From the IMG/VR virus record IMGVR_UViG_3300022074_000004: DNA of 64,000 bases, one strand, 5' to 3'. Made by a program: the position numbers and the translations under genes. Under the pieces are notes generated by a model. It made no database searches, had not been told where the DNA came from, and saw only the letters and a program-made list of their open reading frames with translations. This DNA comes from a virus. Shown here piece by piece: positions 32,688-41,696 of this stretch. The first letter of the stretch is position 1. The number at the start of each line of letters is the position of its first letter.

Positions 32688-32974
32688 TTGGAAATTTTGA
32701 ACCCGAGGAAAATGTTATGAATCGATGGGAAGTAAAACCTGACATCGTTATTGATTTTCAGGACCACCTGAAGCGTGGAAATGTCTGGCGAGTTGAAATA
32801 GAATTGGAGATGCAAGATACTCCTGGCGATGACTACACTTTCTATCGTGTGGAGGTTCATGTAGTAGCACCTACACGAGATCTTGCATCATATATTGTAT
32901 CCACAATGTATCCTGATTATGAATCACTCTCTGTCGATGACCATCCAATGCAACCAGAACTTGAGTATTCCTGA
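32684..32974 (+). CDS. Hypothetical protein
   Basis: Translationally coupled ORF. Confidence 0.7.
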   Translation: MIGNFEPEENVMNRWEVKPDIVIDFQDHLKRGNVWRVEIELEMQDTPGDDYTFYRVEVHVVAPTRDLASYIVSTMYPDYESLSVDDHPMQPELEYS

Positions 32975-33245
32975 TGATTTCCCCCATCAACCCCCGGAAG
33001 GTTACTCCTACGAGGTCAAAACTTTTAAACGCAATATTATTAGTATATGGCTTATCAATCACGGTAATTTTAGTTATACTAATGACAAACCAAAAACAAT
33101 CTGGGGATTTTACGATACAAAAAAGGGAGAGTATTCAGCGCCTATTAACTCCACCAAGTGTGGAAATAAGGTAAATGTCTCAGATACTCGTCCTTATACT
33201 GCTATGCAATTAAACTTATCTCCATTGGAATTGGCATATGTATAA
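32937..33245 (+). CDS. Conserved cyanophage-type hypothetical protein (start uncertain)
   Basis: FPHQPPEGYSYEV..FKRN..TIWGFY..RPYTAMQLNL. Confidence 0.75.
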   Translation: MTIQCNQNLSIPDDFPHQPPEGYSYEVKTFKRNIISIWLINHGNFSYTNDKPKTIWGFYDTKKGEYSAPINSTKCGNKVNVSDTRPYTAMQLNLSPLELAYV

Positions 33246-33489
33246 ACCACTTATCAACGATTATGTTAGATGGGAGACCAGAAACTTAGAAGGGTGGGTT
33301 TACTATGTCGATAATGAGAATGAGTATATCACTATTGAGATAGCAGTTACAGACAAGCTCCCTTATCAACTCGATGCTGGAACATGTCATAGGAAAAATC
33401 ATGTGCTAATCGTTTGTCAAAGTTATTATTGGCACGAATTGGTATTTTTAAAATCAAGACCAAACGCAAAATCGGAGGATCATGTCTAG
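33238..33489 (+). CDS. Hypothetical protein
   Basis: Coupled ORF; EGWVYY..YITIEI. Confidence 0.75.
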   Translation: MYKPLINDYVRWETRNLEGWVYYVDNENEYITIEIAVTDKLPYQLDAGTCHRKNHVLIVCQSYYWHELVFLKSRPNAKSEDHV

Positions 33490-33775
33490 TCGTAGAGAAG
33501 CAAAAAGAGCACGTCGCCCTGGCCTATTGGAGAAGAGAGAGCAACAATATCAAAAAGCAATTGAATACAAACGAGAACAGCAAAGAATCCAGCAAGAGCG
33601 CATGAATGAACTCTTGCAGAAATATATGAAATCAGATGAATTCAAGCGCAGGGAAGCAGAGGCAAAAGCTAAAAAGGAAGAAGAGGAGGGAAATACTCCT
33701 GAAGAAACTTTAGAAGCCCCTGAGAGCGTTGTAGAAGCCTCTGAGACGCCATTAACAGAGGTCGAGGTGGTGTAG
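33482..33775 (+). CDS. Hypothetical charged/coiled-coil protein
   Basis: GGAGG RBS; its stop abuts the repeat array. Confidence 0.7.
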   Translation: MSSRREAKRARRPGLLEKREQQYQKAIEYKREQQRIQQERMNELLQKYMKSDEFKRREAEAKAKKEEEEGNTPEETLEAPESVVEASETPLTEVEVV

Positions 33776-34005
33776 TCACCTTCAGCGTCACCTTCACGGA
33801 CATGATGCACATATATGTCATCTTCACACGTCATCTTCACGGACATGATGTACATGTATGTCATCTTCACATGTCACCTTCAGTGTCACCTTCACGGACA
33901 TGATGTACATGTATGTCATCTTCACACGTCACCTTCACGTACATCATGCGTAGATGGACAGTCTGTAAAGTGTCACCTTCATAGTCACCTTCACGTACAT
34001 CATAC
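33775..34005 (+). repeat. Hierarchical tandem array with 11 copies of GTCAYCTTCA
   Basis: Decamer starts at 33775, 33787, 33817, 33830, 33860, 33873, 33885, 33915, 33928, 33972, 33984; 12/43/43-bp sub-units form ~98-bp super-units. Confidence 0.95.
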
Positions 34006-34055
34006 GTTATGTTTGTTTTGTGTGGAGCAATCCTCAAATTTACCTTGATTAAATC

Positions 34056-34226
34056 ATGACTGAAGACACCTTCAAATGGTGGGGAGGGAGCATCAATGAC
34101 CTCTCTGAGAAACAGGTTGAAGAACTGATCAACTTCAACCATGTCGAGACAGATCTTGCCGATCTGATTGACGATCAACCACAATTCGATATGGAGGCAT
34201 ACCTCAATGGAACGATTGACTACTAG
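34056..34226 (+). CDS. Hypothetical acidic protein (56 aa, not in track)
   Basis: MTEDTFKWWGG...FDMEAYLNGTIDY*; lies downstream of the dyad at 33956 and a TATGTT box. Confidence 0.65.
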   Translation: MTEDTFKWWGGSINDLSEKQVEELINFNHVETDLADLIDDQPQFDMEAYLNGTIDY

Positions 34227-34382
34227 TGAGATTGTTAAAAACACATCTTCACTTGGCCCACCAACCCCTCACAACATTGCTTGCATCTCTAGTGCTTTTA
34301 ATTCTAGAATGATTCGGAGGGCTATGGAGGCTGAACGCAGAAGGCTTGCTAAAGCACAAAACAAAAACAAATCCAAAGGACA

Positions 34383-34598
34383 ATGAACGAAACTGAAACC
34401 GTCAATGTTTTGCATCACATGGAAGATCTGAGGAAAGCCTGGAAAGCCCAGGACTTCAGATTTACTAAAGAACAGAAAGAGCAGTACGACCTGCTGCTAG
34501 CAGCTCGTCGTGACCGTGTCAATTTTTTTCATAAAAATAATATGGTTTTCAAAGGTCCTAAGATTTGTAAAGAAAAGGAAGAAACTGTTGAGGAATAA
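34383..34598 (+). CDS. Conserved cyanophage-type hypothetical protein
   Basis: AAGGA RBS; LRKAWKAQDFRFTKEQKEQYDLLLAARRDRV. Confidence 0.75.
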   Translation: MNETETVNVLHHMEDLRKAWKAQDFRFTKEQKEQYDLLLAARRDRVNFFHKNNMVFKGPKICKEKEETVEE

Positions 34599-34745
34599 TT
34601 TCCTTTTTTGTTCATGATTCCAGGGTTGCGTCTCACCTGTCTAATTGGTAACTTCTATGTGGCCGCACTTAACACAACTTGTCAGAGTGTAACGTTTTAT
34701 GTAAACGTTTGTGTATTGTGCAGACGAGCAAAATCATTGGTATAT

Positions 34746-34865
34746 GGGATCCTGGACCCTCTGAGAGGCTGCTGCAAGCCTCTCTAAGGCCCTTCTGAGC
34801 AGGGGCTGAACGATCCACCTCGATCTACCTGGATCAAGGCCCTTCCTGGGCCTCCCAGGCCCCTT
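34746..34865 (+). other. GC-rich multi-hairpin intergenic element upstream of the helicase
   Basis: Consecutive stems gagaggc/gcctctc, gccctt/aggggc, gatcca/tggatc, and ggccc/gggcc or cctggg/cccagg. Confidence 0.5.
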
Positions 34866-34884
34866 TAAGAAAATTCACCCCCAT

Positions 34885-36087
34885 TTGACCTTGACCCAGA
34901 TCTCATTACGAGACCACCAAGTCTCAGCCTGCGACTCGATGAAGCGTTCGAGCCTGGGCCAAATCATTATGCCAACTGGATCTGGCAAAACTATTTGCAT
35001 GATCCAGGATTGTATTGACAGATTTACACTTTTAGAGAATAAACCTGCGAAAATGATTGTTGTTGCCCCCAGAATTGTTCTGGCACAACAATTATGCGAT
35101 GAATTTATTAAATATGAAGTAAATGCTGCTGTTTTTCATGTTCACAGTGGAAGAGTACAACATTTCAGTTCAACAGATGCAGTTTACATCAAAAGATGGT
35201 CTGAGCAAGCATATAGGCATCAAATTTACTTTACAACATATAATTCTCTTGCAACTTTGGTTAAGGCAAAGATTCATGCAGATACGATATATTTTGATGA
35301 GGCACATCACAGTGTTAAAAGACATTTTTTCCCTGTGTGCGAAGTCGCTTCAGCTGATTATAGCGACCGCACTTTTTGGTTTACTGCTACTCGCAGGGTT
35401 TCTAATGATCTTCTGAAACCAGGAATGAATGACGAAGATGTTTATGGTAAAGTTTTGCACACGGTATCTCTCAAGGAACTGGTTGATAAAGGTTATATTG
35501 CACCAGCAAAAGTTTCTGTGAGTTCATTTGATAAAGTTAAAAAGGATGATTTGACTTATCAAATTGAAGCTGATAATTTAATTCAAACTATTGACAATGG
35601 TGGAAAGAATAAAATTTTAATTTGTTGTAGATCGACCCGTCAGATGATGGGGATGATACATGGAAGCGATTTAAGTGTCAAGTTGAAAGAGAGAGACTTT
35701 GATCTTTTAACAATAACGTCTAAGTATGGGGCAACTCTGAATGGTCATCGCATTAGCCGATCAGACTTCATGCTGCTGTTAAATGAATATGGAGAGAACC
35801 CTGACAAAAAGTTTTGTGTTTTTCACTACTCAATTCTGACAGAAGGTATAAGCATCAATGAACTCGATAGTTGCGTTTTCTTAAGGAACATGAACGTGGT
35901 TGCCATGCAGCAATGTATCGGTCGCGTAATCAGGAAAGGGAGGGATTCTTACGATGGGGAGAGTAAGGTGGCAGAGTTGGCAATACCTTCCTACTCTAAT
36001 GTTGGCGTGAGTACAGCACGGCAATTAAACAACATTGTCGATGCAACTTTCAATCAAGGTCAATCCTTAATCTCCGAAATTAAATGA
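34885..36087 (+). CDS. Superfamily 2 DExH-box helicase (ResIII-like)
   Basis: LRDHQ Q-motif, PTGSGKT Walker A, DEAHH motif II, TAT motif III, ILTEGI motif V, QCIGRVIR motif VI; TTG start. Confidence 0.9.
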   Translation: MTLTQISLRDHQVSACDSMKRSSLGQIIMPTGSGKTICMIQDCIDRFTLLENKPAKMIVVAPRIVLAQQLCDEFIKYEVNAAVFHVHSGRVQHFSSTDAVYIKRWSEQAYRHQIYFTTYNSLATLVKAKIHADTIYFDEAHHSVKRHFFPVCEVASADYSDRTFWFTATRRVSNDLLKPGMNDEDVYGKVLHTVSLKELVDKGYIAPAKVSVSSFDKVKKDDLTYQIEADNLIQTIDNGGKNKILICCRSTRQMMGMIHGSDLSVKLKERDFDLLTITSKYGATLNGHRISRSDFMLLLNEYGENPDKKFCVFHYSILTEGISINELDSCVFLRNMNVVAMQQCIGRVIRKGRDSYDGESKVAELAIPSYSNVGVSTARQLNNIVDATFNQGQSLISEIK

Positions 36088-36362
36088 CTATGATTGAATC
36101 AATGATCGTTCCTGAAACCGATTTTAATCGAGGAACATACAGAGAATTGCTTGCCATTTTGCAAGAAATTCCTGATGAATGTCTCGACAAGCCCGTTGTC
36201 ATTTGTGATGGAGAAATCGAGAAGAAATACATCTCTTCCGATGGTGTTAGTTATCCAACTCCAAATGGAGAAGAATTTAGAGAGGTGAGGGGCATAGGAT
36301 TCACTGGACCTGGGTGTAAAAAACTTGGGTCTGGGAACATGTTACTTTACGTTGGAGATTAG
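36084..36362 (+). CDS. Hypothetical protein
   Basis: ATGA-coupled to the helicase; TYRELLAILQEIPDECLDKPV. Confidence 0.7.
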   Translation: MTMIESMIVPETDFNRGTYRELLAILQEIPDECLDKPVVICDGEIEKKYISSDGVSYPTPNGEEFREVRGIGFTGPGCKKLGSGNMLLYVGD

Positions 36363-36499
36363 TATGCAGTTCTTAATTACTTTAACTGCACTTCGTATGG
36401 TCATCGGATCTTTGTGGTTATTTGTTCTTCTTGAACAAGCATACTACATCCAAACAATCTACAACCAGTACTCATCACTCACTTGTAACTTGTCGTAAC

Positions 36500-37414
36500 A
36501 TGAAGAATACGCACCTGGAGCATCCTGAAGACGCCATTCTGACTGGTGATCTCAATGTCCTCGATTGGTTTATTGAAAAAGAAAGTCACTTGTCATGCAA
36601 GATCGACGGATCTCCGGCGATTGTGTATGGAACTGATCCTGAGACTGGGACATTTTTTTGTGGAACAAAAAGTGTTTTCAATAAGAGAAAAGTAATGATC
36701 CCGCACAGTCATGAAGAAATTGATTTTCATTATGCCGGGAAAGGTGAATTAGCTGACATTTTACATGCCTGTTTTGATAACGTACCAAGGACTGATCGTA
36801 TCATTCAAGCTGATTGGATTGGGTGGGGTGGTACTAATTATTTTAAGCCTAACTTAATTGAATATGTTTTCCCATTTTGCGTCTCAGAGACTATCATTGT
36901 CTCTCCGCATACATATTACGAAACAAAGACCACTCTTCGTGAGGCTGAAGCCAGTTCTTTGAGCGAACACTTAACGGGCGGTGATAGGTGTTTTTACTAC
37001 CAACCAGACTGCGATGTTAGCTCACATAGGAAAGAATTGCGCTTAAATTGTGATTTTGCGCGACAAATGGCTACGTTGTGTGAGTTTGTAGACAAAAAGA
37101 AGGCATCAGAAATTAAAAAATACATAAATTCAGTCATCATGCACGGGAAGTTGAGCCTGATGGACGATGCTGAAACTGCTGAAAAATTGCAAATTGACAT
37201 CAACTTGATACGATTGTGGAAACTTGTATTAAGAATCAAGGACGAATTGTTTCTGTATATTGATGAGCCAGAAGATGTTGATTGTTACATCAATGATGAA
37301 CCATCATTCCATGAAGGTTATGTTATGACAAATCGGTATGGTATGTATAAGTTAGTTGATCGGGAAACATTTAGTAGATTTAATTTCCTACAGCATGTTG
37401 CGAGGCAGGCTTAA
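36500..37414 (+). CDS. Conserved T4-like phage protein (DUF6267-like) with ligase-type KxDG motif
   Basis: MKNTHLEHPED N-terminus, KIDGSPAIV, GTKSVFNK, HEGYV, YKLVDRETFS. Confidence 0.7.
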   Translation: MKNTHLEHPEDAILTGDLNVLDWFIEKESHLSCKIDGSPAIVYGTDPETGTFFCGTKSVFNKRKVMIPHSHEEIDFHYAGKGELADILHACFDNVPRTDRIIQADWIGWGGTNYFKPNLIEYVFPFCVSETIIVSPHTYYETKTTLREAEASSLSEHLTGGDRCFYYQPDCDVSSHRKELRLNCDFARQMATLCEFVDKKKASEIKKYINSVIMHGKLSLMDDAETAEKLQIDINLIRLWKLVLRIKDELFLYIDEPEDVDCYINDEPSFHEGYVMTNRYGMYKLVDRETFSRFNFLQHVARQA

Positions 37415-37481
37415 TATGTGTGACAAAATACACAATAACCTAAATAATATGTCAGGAGATAATAACAAAGGAGGTTCACCT

Positions 37482-37688
37482 TTGTCAAAAACCGACTGGA
37501 ATAAAAGTATTTTAGAAATGCAGTTGAGACGAAGTGAATTGCAAGCACAAATAGATCAAATAAATGAAACTATAGAGTATTTGACACAACAAAGGGATGA
37601 GATTATGAACTGGCAGGGAAACAATGAAGAAAAACTTTATCGTGATGTTCTGGGGATGGAGTTTTGGGACAGTGCTGAGCCTGATTAG
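37482..37688 (+). CDS. Hypothetical coiled-coil protein
   Basis: AGGAGG RBS before an in-frame TTG; CTAAATA upstream. Confidence 0.6.
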   Translation: MSKTDWNKSILEMQLRRSELQAQIDQINETIEYLTQQRDEIMNWQGNNEEKLYRDVLGMEFWDSAEPD

Positions 37689-37789
37689 ATTGTCTTAATC
37701 TTTACAAAACTCAACTCTGATCTAAAGACACAGTATTGTCAATCACAGTTCAGGCCGTTACCTTGTAAAGGTAGTCTATCTGCTACCCA

Positions 37790-38086
37790 ATGACTTCCGC
37801 GAGCTTCGACCCCTTTCCAGTTTCAAGTTTTGTAAAATCTTACAACAAAAATTCAAGAACATTTCAGCTGAACATTAGCGATAAAGATGTAATCTCTTGG
37901 TGCATGTCTGCCAATGAAATGTACGACAGTGCAGATATAGATCCGATTGATAAGATTCTAAGATCTGAAGTAGTTGCTTGGAGTGAGAGGCAACAAAAGA
38001 TTGTGCTTCATTGTCTTTCTATCTGCAAATCTTTTATCTATGGTGCTGAAGAAGTGCATAGTAAAGTAATGGCCCAGTGCGAATGA
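37790..38086 (+). CDS. Hypothetical protein
   Basis: 98-aa ATG ORF on the coding strand. Confidence 0.6.
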   Translation: MTSASFDPFPVSSFVKSYNKNSRTFQLNISDKDVISWCMSANEMYDSADIDPIDKILRSEVVAWSERQQKIVLHCLSICKSFIYGAEEVHSKVMAQCE

Positions 38087-38277
38087 TTTCTTAAGTATCC
38101 TGCAATACAGCTTTGCTGAGTTGCATTTAGTAATGTTACTTGGAGGTTGCGCCCATTTTACAGCTCTCTACTATGAGACTGTTCGGGGGGATAACCGAAC
38201 ATAACCAACGCTATCACCAACATGGCAATGCAACATCTTTACAAAATTCAAAAGAGACGGAATGGTTATTTTCATGA

Positions 38278-38520
38278 ATGGGAAGATCTTCCTTCAAAAC
38301 CTGCTCCATTAGATATTACAATCAGAAATATGCACTATTATATGAATCTTTACAGGAATTGCACATTTCAGGAGGTACGGGTCAAGTGATACGCAGAACT
38401 TTTAGATTTTACTTTTTCAATGTTCTTGGGGAAGAATTTACCATTGCCGCCAAGTGTTTTGGTTCTGCGACGAAACAGCTTCCAGAGTGGTTTGTGGTTG
38501 ACCACTATCGTGTCAGTTAG
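38278..38520 (+). CDS. Hypothetical protein
   Basis: ORF followed by a terminator. Confidence 0.5.
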   Translation: MGRSSFKTCSIRYYNQKYALLYESLQELHISGGTGQVIRRTFRFYFFNVLGEEFTIAAKCFGSATKQLPEWFVVDHYRVS

Positions 38521-38551
38521 TAGAATTTGATTGGTCATCATGAGTTGTTCC

Positions 38552-38579
38552 AGAGGGTCATTTCGACCCTCTTTTTTTT
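38552..38579 (+). terminator. Rho-independent terminator
   Basis: agagggtc-atttc-gaccctct followed by a T run. Confidence 0.9.
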
Positions 38580-38638
38580 GTTTGAGTTTCATCGAAAAAA
38601 ACAATGTGTGAGCAAAATTTGTTCTAAATAGCATTGGA

Positions 38639-38667
38639 TTGACACTTCATTGTTATTAAAGTATAAT
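38639..38667 (+). promoter_or_regulatory. Perfect-consensus sigma70 promoter
   Basis: TTGACA-17 bp-TATAAT upstream of 38696. Confidence 0.9.
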
Positions 38668-38695
38668 GTAAAAGTAACCACCACTCCTACAACTT

Positions 38696-38878
38696 ATGCC
38701 ATCAACTGCTTATCGCGCAAAAAAGTCAAAGTATAGAATTACGATAGAACTAGAGGCTTTGGATGATTTCTGCCCAACGAACATCGACTTCAACAAAGTA
38801 TTTTCTCTTCATGGAGCTGAGCGAGTGACATTCAGATATGTGGAGAATCTCTCCACTCCAGATCGCTACTCAGCTTGA
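38696..38878 (+). CDS. Conserved cyanophage-type hypothetical protein
   Basis: KYRITIELEALDDFCPTNIDFNKVFSL; consensus promoter upstream. Confidence 0.75.
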   Translation: MPSTAYRAKKSKYRITIELEALDDFCPTNIDFNKVFSLHGAERVTFRYVENLSTPDRYSA

Positions 38879-39139
38879 TTGGTTTATCTCCTTTCACAAA
38901 CAAACCATAGCACAAAACAGTGCGGTGTGAACAGTCTCCCGCAAAAATGAGTATTCATTACTACCATTTTGGATTATATGTCTTGTGTTGCTAATTGTTG
39001 AGTTGCAATAAGGGCATATTAAGCTATATTTGCTTTGCAGTTCAAAAAGGATTTGCCACTGGGTAATTTTAGACACATCACATCGGTCGATAACTAAGGA
39101 GAGATATTTTATCTCTCCTTTTTTTGTGTTTATTTCATG

Positions 39140-39196
39140 TGGCACTTGCAGAACTGGCATAGATCAGGTCGTGGGGTCAAGAGCTGTGGGTATCAT
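39140..39196 (+). promoter_or_regulatory. Dyad site + -10 box promoter
   Basis: TGGCACTT-GCAG-AACTGGCA, 31 bp, TATCAT. Confidence 0.7.
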
Positions 39197-39286
39197 GTGT
39201 GTGGGGACATAGATCCTGTCCTGATGGTGTTAGGGCTCGTTTCCTGACACCAAAAATACACAAAAAACCCTATTTAACACAAACAA

Positions 39287-39532
39287 ATGCGTAATTTTCA
39301 GAGTTTTGATGACTTTGTTGAGCTGATTGTTCCCTTTTCTATTGGTGCAGTGAGCTTTTCTCTGCTTGCTATTGCTTCTCAGCAGGCAATTTTTAACCAA
39401 AATGCAAAAGACAAGTGTGCTCTGGCCTCTACTCACCGTCTCGTAGTTGTCCAGAGCTTCTTCGGTGATGCCTATGGTTGCGTGAAGCTATTCCAATGGT
39501 ACAATCCAGAATCTGTCACTGACCGGGCTTGA
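39287..39532 (+). CDS. Hypothetical membrane protein
   Basis: Hydrophobic segment LIVPFSIGAVSFSLLAIA; HRLVVVQSFFGDAYGCV. Confidence 0.7.
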   Translation: MRNFQSFDDFVELIVPFSIGAVSFSLLAIASQQAIFNQNAKDKCALASTHRLVVVQSFFGDAYGCVKLFQWYNPESVTDRA

Positions 39533-39557
39533 CACTTATTTGCGATCACACTATTTT
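39529..39557 (+). promoter_or_regulatory. Sigma70-type promoter
   Basis: TTGACA-17 bp-TATTTT upstream of 39579. Confidence 0.65.
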
Positions 39558-39578
39558 CAGAAGCAAAACTAATTCAAA

Positions 39579-40022
39579 ATGCTAACTACAGAAAGACAAC
39601 TCACAAAACTTTCTCTTTCACAAAAGAATTGGAATAGAACTGATGAGTTGATGAAACATGCGTTTCGCCTTGCCCAACTCCTCAACAAGGACTACTACGA
39701 TCGCACAGGTAAGAAGGATTTGCAGTTTTATGTAGAGTTTCCGACCAAAGATTACATCAAAGTTATGGAGACTTATGATGGTAAAACTCAGGTCCATTGT
39801 CAAATTGACATTAAAACCAGTGAACTTAAAACTCCATCAAAAACGGCAGTAATTGCCAAGCTAATTGACTACGATCACACCGCGAGGTATTTTGTCCTGG
39901 ACTTGCATGAGCTTCTGCAACGCTGCGAGTTTACATCGAGATATTTGTTTTCTCAAGTACATAACAATCGCAGTCTTGGGAAACTAGCATACACCAGGCA
40001 CTTCAATTCAGAATTTAATTGA
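39579..40022 (+). CDS. Hypothetical protein, distant paralogue of 41278-41691
   Basis: KDYIKVM..VHCQIDIKTSELKTPS. Confidence 0.7.
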   Translation: MLTTERQLTKLSLSQKNWNRTDELMKHAFRLAQLLNKDYYDRTGKKDLQFYVEFPTKDYIKVMETYDGKTQVHCQIDIKTSELKTPSKTAVIAKLIDYDHTARYFVLDLHELLQRCEFTSRYLFSQVHNNRSLGKLAYTRHFNSEFN

Positions 40023-40327
40023 TTATGACTTCTAAACTAAAGTTCACCCAATTTTCAGAATTACTTGATGAAATTAAATGTGATCCAGAAATGCAGCATC
40101 GCATTGATGAATTGGAAAATTTGCAATGCCACTTAAGCCAACAGGAAAAGTTTAAGACTGTTGTGCAAAGGTCTATTGATAAGCTAGAAGATGCAATCAC
40201 TGTAACTTATAGCGACATCGACACGAGTCTTCCGCCAGATGAAAGGGTTCGTAAACTGAGAAACATTGTTCCAGAAGTGCGGACAATGATGCTGGGGACC
40301 ATTGATGAGTTGAAAATCTTATTATGA
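40019..40327 (+). CDS. Hypothetical protein
   Basis: Coupled ORF. Confidence 0.7.
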   Translation: MIMTSKLKFTQFSELLDEIKCDPEMQHRIDELENLQCHLSQQEKFKTVVQRSIDKLEDAITVTYSDIDTSLPPDERVRKLRNIVPEVRTMMLGTIDELKILL

Positions 40328-40557
40328 GCCGTAAAACTTCACATCTCAGTTACAAAAAATTACGTTCAATTTGGTTCACCTTTTACATGAAACTGCTTCT
40401 CATTGCTATTGTCTGTTTTTGGGGATGGAGCCATGACCCAACACGACAATTTGTTTCCGGTCTGCTCTATAAAGTTGCTGATGCAGTTGAGCCTGGAGCA
40501 CCAAAAACCAATTCACAAACTATTGGCGAACGAATTGATTCATTCATGGGAAACTGA
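40324..40557 (+). CDS. Hypothetical membrane protein
   Basis: Hydrophobic MKLLLIAIVCFWGW segment. Confidence 0.65.
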   Translation: MSRKTSHLSYKKLRSIWFTFYMKLLLIAIVCFWGWSHDPTRQFVSGLLYKVADAVEPGAPKTNSQTIGERIDSFMGN

Positions 40558-40647
40558 TGGCGTACACTACCATTTCGATTTTGAGCATTATCTTTTTGAT
40601 TAGTTTCATGAACTCACCACAAAACCGCACCATGTAATTTATTTACC

Positions 40648-40845
40648 ATGAAAATCAGCTATTTGGTTTCACTCTCCTATCGGGAGCGAGTGTTGTTGAC
40701 CCAGGCTATTGAAAACCATCAAATTAGGCTGGAGCAATATCAACAAAAAACAACAATCAAAAACGATGAGCGTCATGTTGTTCGCATCATGCAGCGTGAT
40801 CTTAAACAACTTGAAATGAAACTGTTAGCAAAGGCAGTTAATTGA
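40648..40845 (+). CDS. Hypothetical protein
   Basis: ATG ORF on the coding strand. Confidence 0.55.
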   Translation: MKISYLVSLSYRERVLLTQAIENHQIRLEQYQQKTTIKNDERHVVRIMQRDLKQLEMKLLAKAVN

Positions 40846-40864
40846 TCGGCACAGCACAGCTCGC

Positions 40865-41281
40865 ATGGCAGCGAGACTGCGAGAATATAAGTGGGTTACA
40901 TCACTCGATCTGAGCGACTTCCCACTTTCATTCATGAGCAAACCAACCTGCAACTGGCATTTAACTCTCAACGAAAAGGGAGAAAGAGAAACAGTTTTAG
41001 AATTTAAGAGAAAGAAATATCAAAAAAGAAAAGATAGAGATGCCATATATTTTGTTGTACGAAGATATTTTAAGGAGAGTGAGAAAACTGGATATAATCG
41101 TATTGCCATCGAGACAGTTTTTATACACTATGATCGTGATCAGATCATCAATTTTATTAGAGGTCAAGACATTTCTACGGGCAAATATGTTGAGACTACA
41201 CAAGCGACAAAGCTACTAAATTTATATCAGGGATCTATGGTTCCTGACGGCAATGGTGGTTACGAAGAGGTGAAAGCGTGA
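40865..41281 (+). CDS. Hypothetical protein (start may be 40934)
   Basis: ORF coupled to the next gene. Confidence 0.65.
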   Translation: MAARLREYKWVTSLDLSDFPLSFMSKPTCNWHLTLNEKGERETVLEFKRKKYQKRKDRDAIYFVVRRYFKESEKTGYNRIAIETVFIHYDRDQIINFIRGQDISTGKYVETTQATKLLNLYQGSMVPDGNGGYEEVKA

Positions 41282-41691
41282 TGACAGATCCAAAACAAGA
41301 ACGAAAAGTTTTGAACGATGTGCAGAAACTTGTCTGGAAAATTAACCAGACATGGGAAGATCAAGCTGTGGATAGTTGCTTCTCATTTCTCACCATCGAG
41401 GGAACAGATTCGCATTATCAAAAACGGTCAAAGTATCTGAAAATATGCAAAAAACAAGTCATAAATGGCAGAATGGGATTTGGCAGTATCACTTTTATGT
41501 TTATCAATAAGTTTAATGGTGAGGTGCATAAACCAGTATCAACGTCATCACCAACTCGCGATGTTCGTTACGAACTAAAAGAACTTGTAAAGAATCCAAA
41601 GACCATAGATCCTGAGGGCAATTTTTTGAGAATGTCATTTATACTAAAGGACGAGATAACAAATAGGGATCTCAACAAACTCATTCGTTAA
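41278..41691 (+). CDS. Hypothetical protein of the KYxKI...FI.K..GEV.KP.S..P...VRY phage family
   Basis: SKYLKI...FINKFNGEVHKPVSTSSPTRDVRY; GAGG RBS. Confidence 0.7.
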   Translation: MMTDPKQERKVLNDVQKLVWKINQTWEDQAVDSCFSFLTIEGTDSHYQKRSKYLKICKKQVINGRMGFGSITFMFINKFNGEVHKPVSTSSPTRDVRYELKELVKNPKTIDPEGNFLRMSFILKDEITNRDLNKLIR

Positions 41692-41696
41692 TCATT

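Noticed and set aside
33775-34005. CRISPR array
   Set aside because: Repeats are only 10 bp, the linkers are themselves repeated rather than unique spacers, and no cas genes are present.
33550-34244. Track ORFs 33550-33870 (-), 33815-34048 (+) and 33867-34244 (-) as His-rich proteins
   Set aside because: Translations of the DNA repeat, open in several frames on both strands and overlapping better-supported genes.
34885-36087. Type I/III restriction-modification system
   Set aside because: Helicase motifs only; no nuclease domain and no adjacent methyltransferase or specificity gene.
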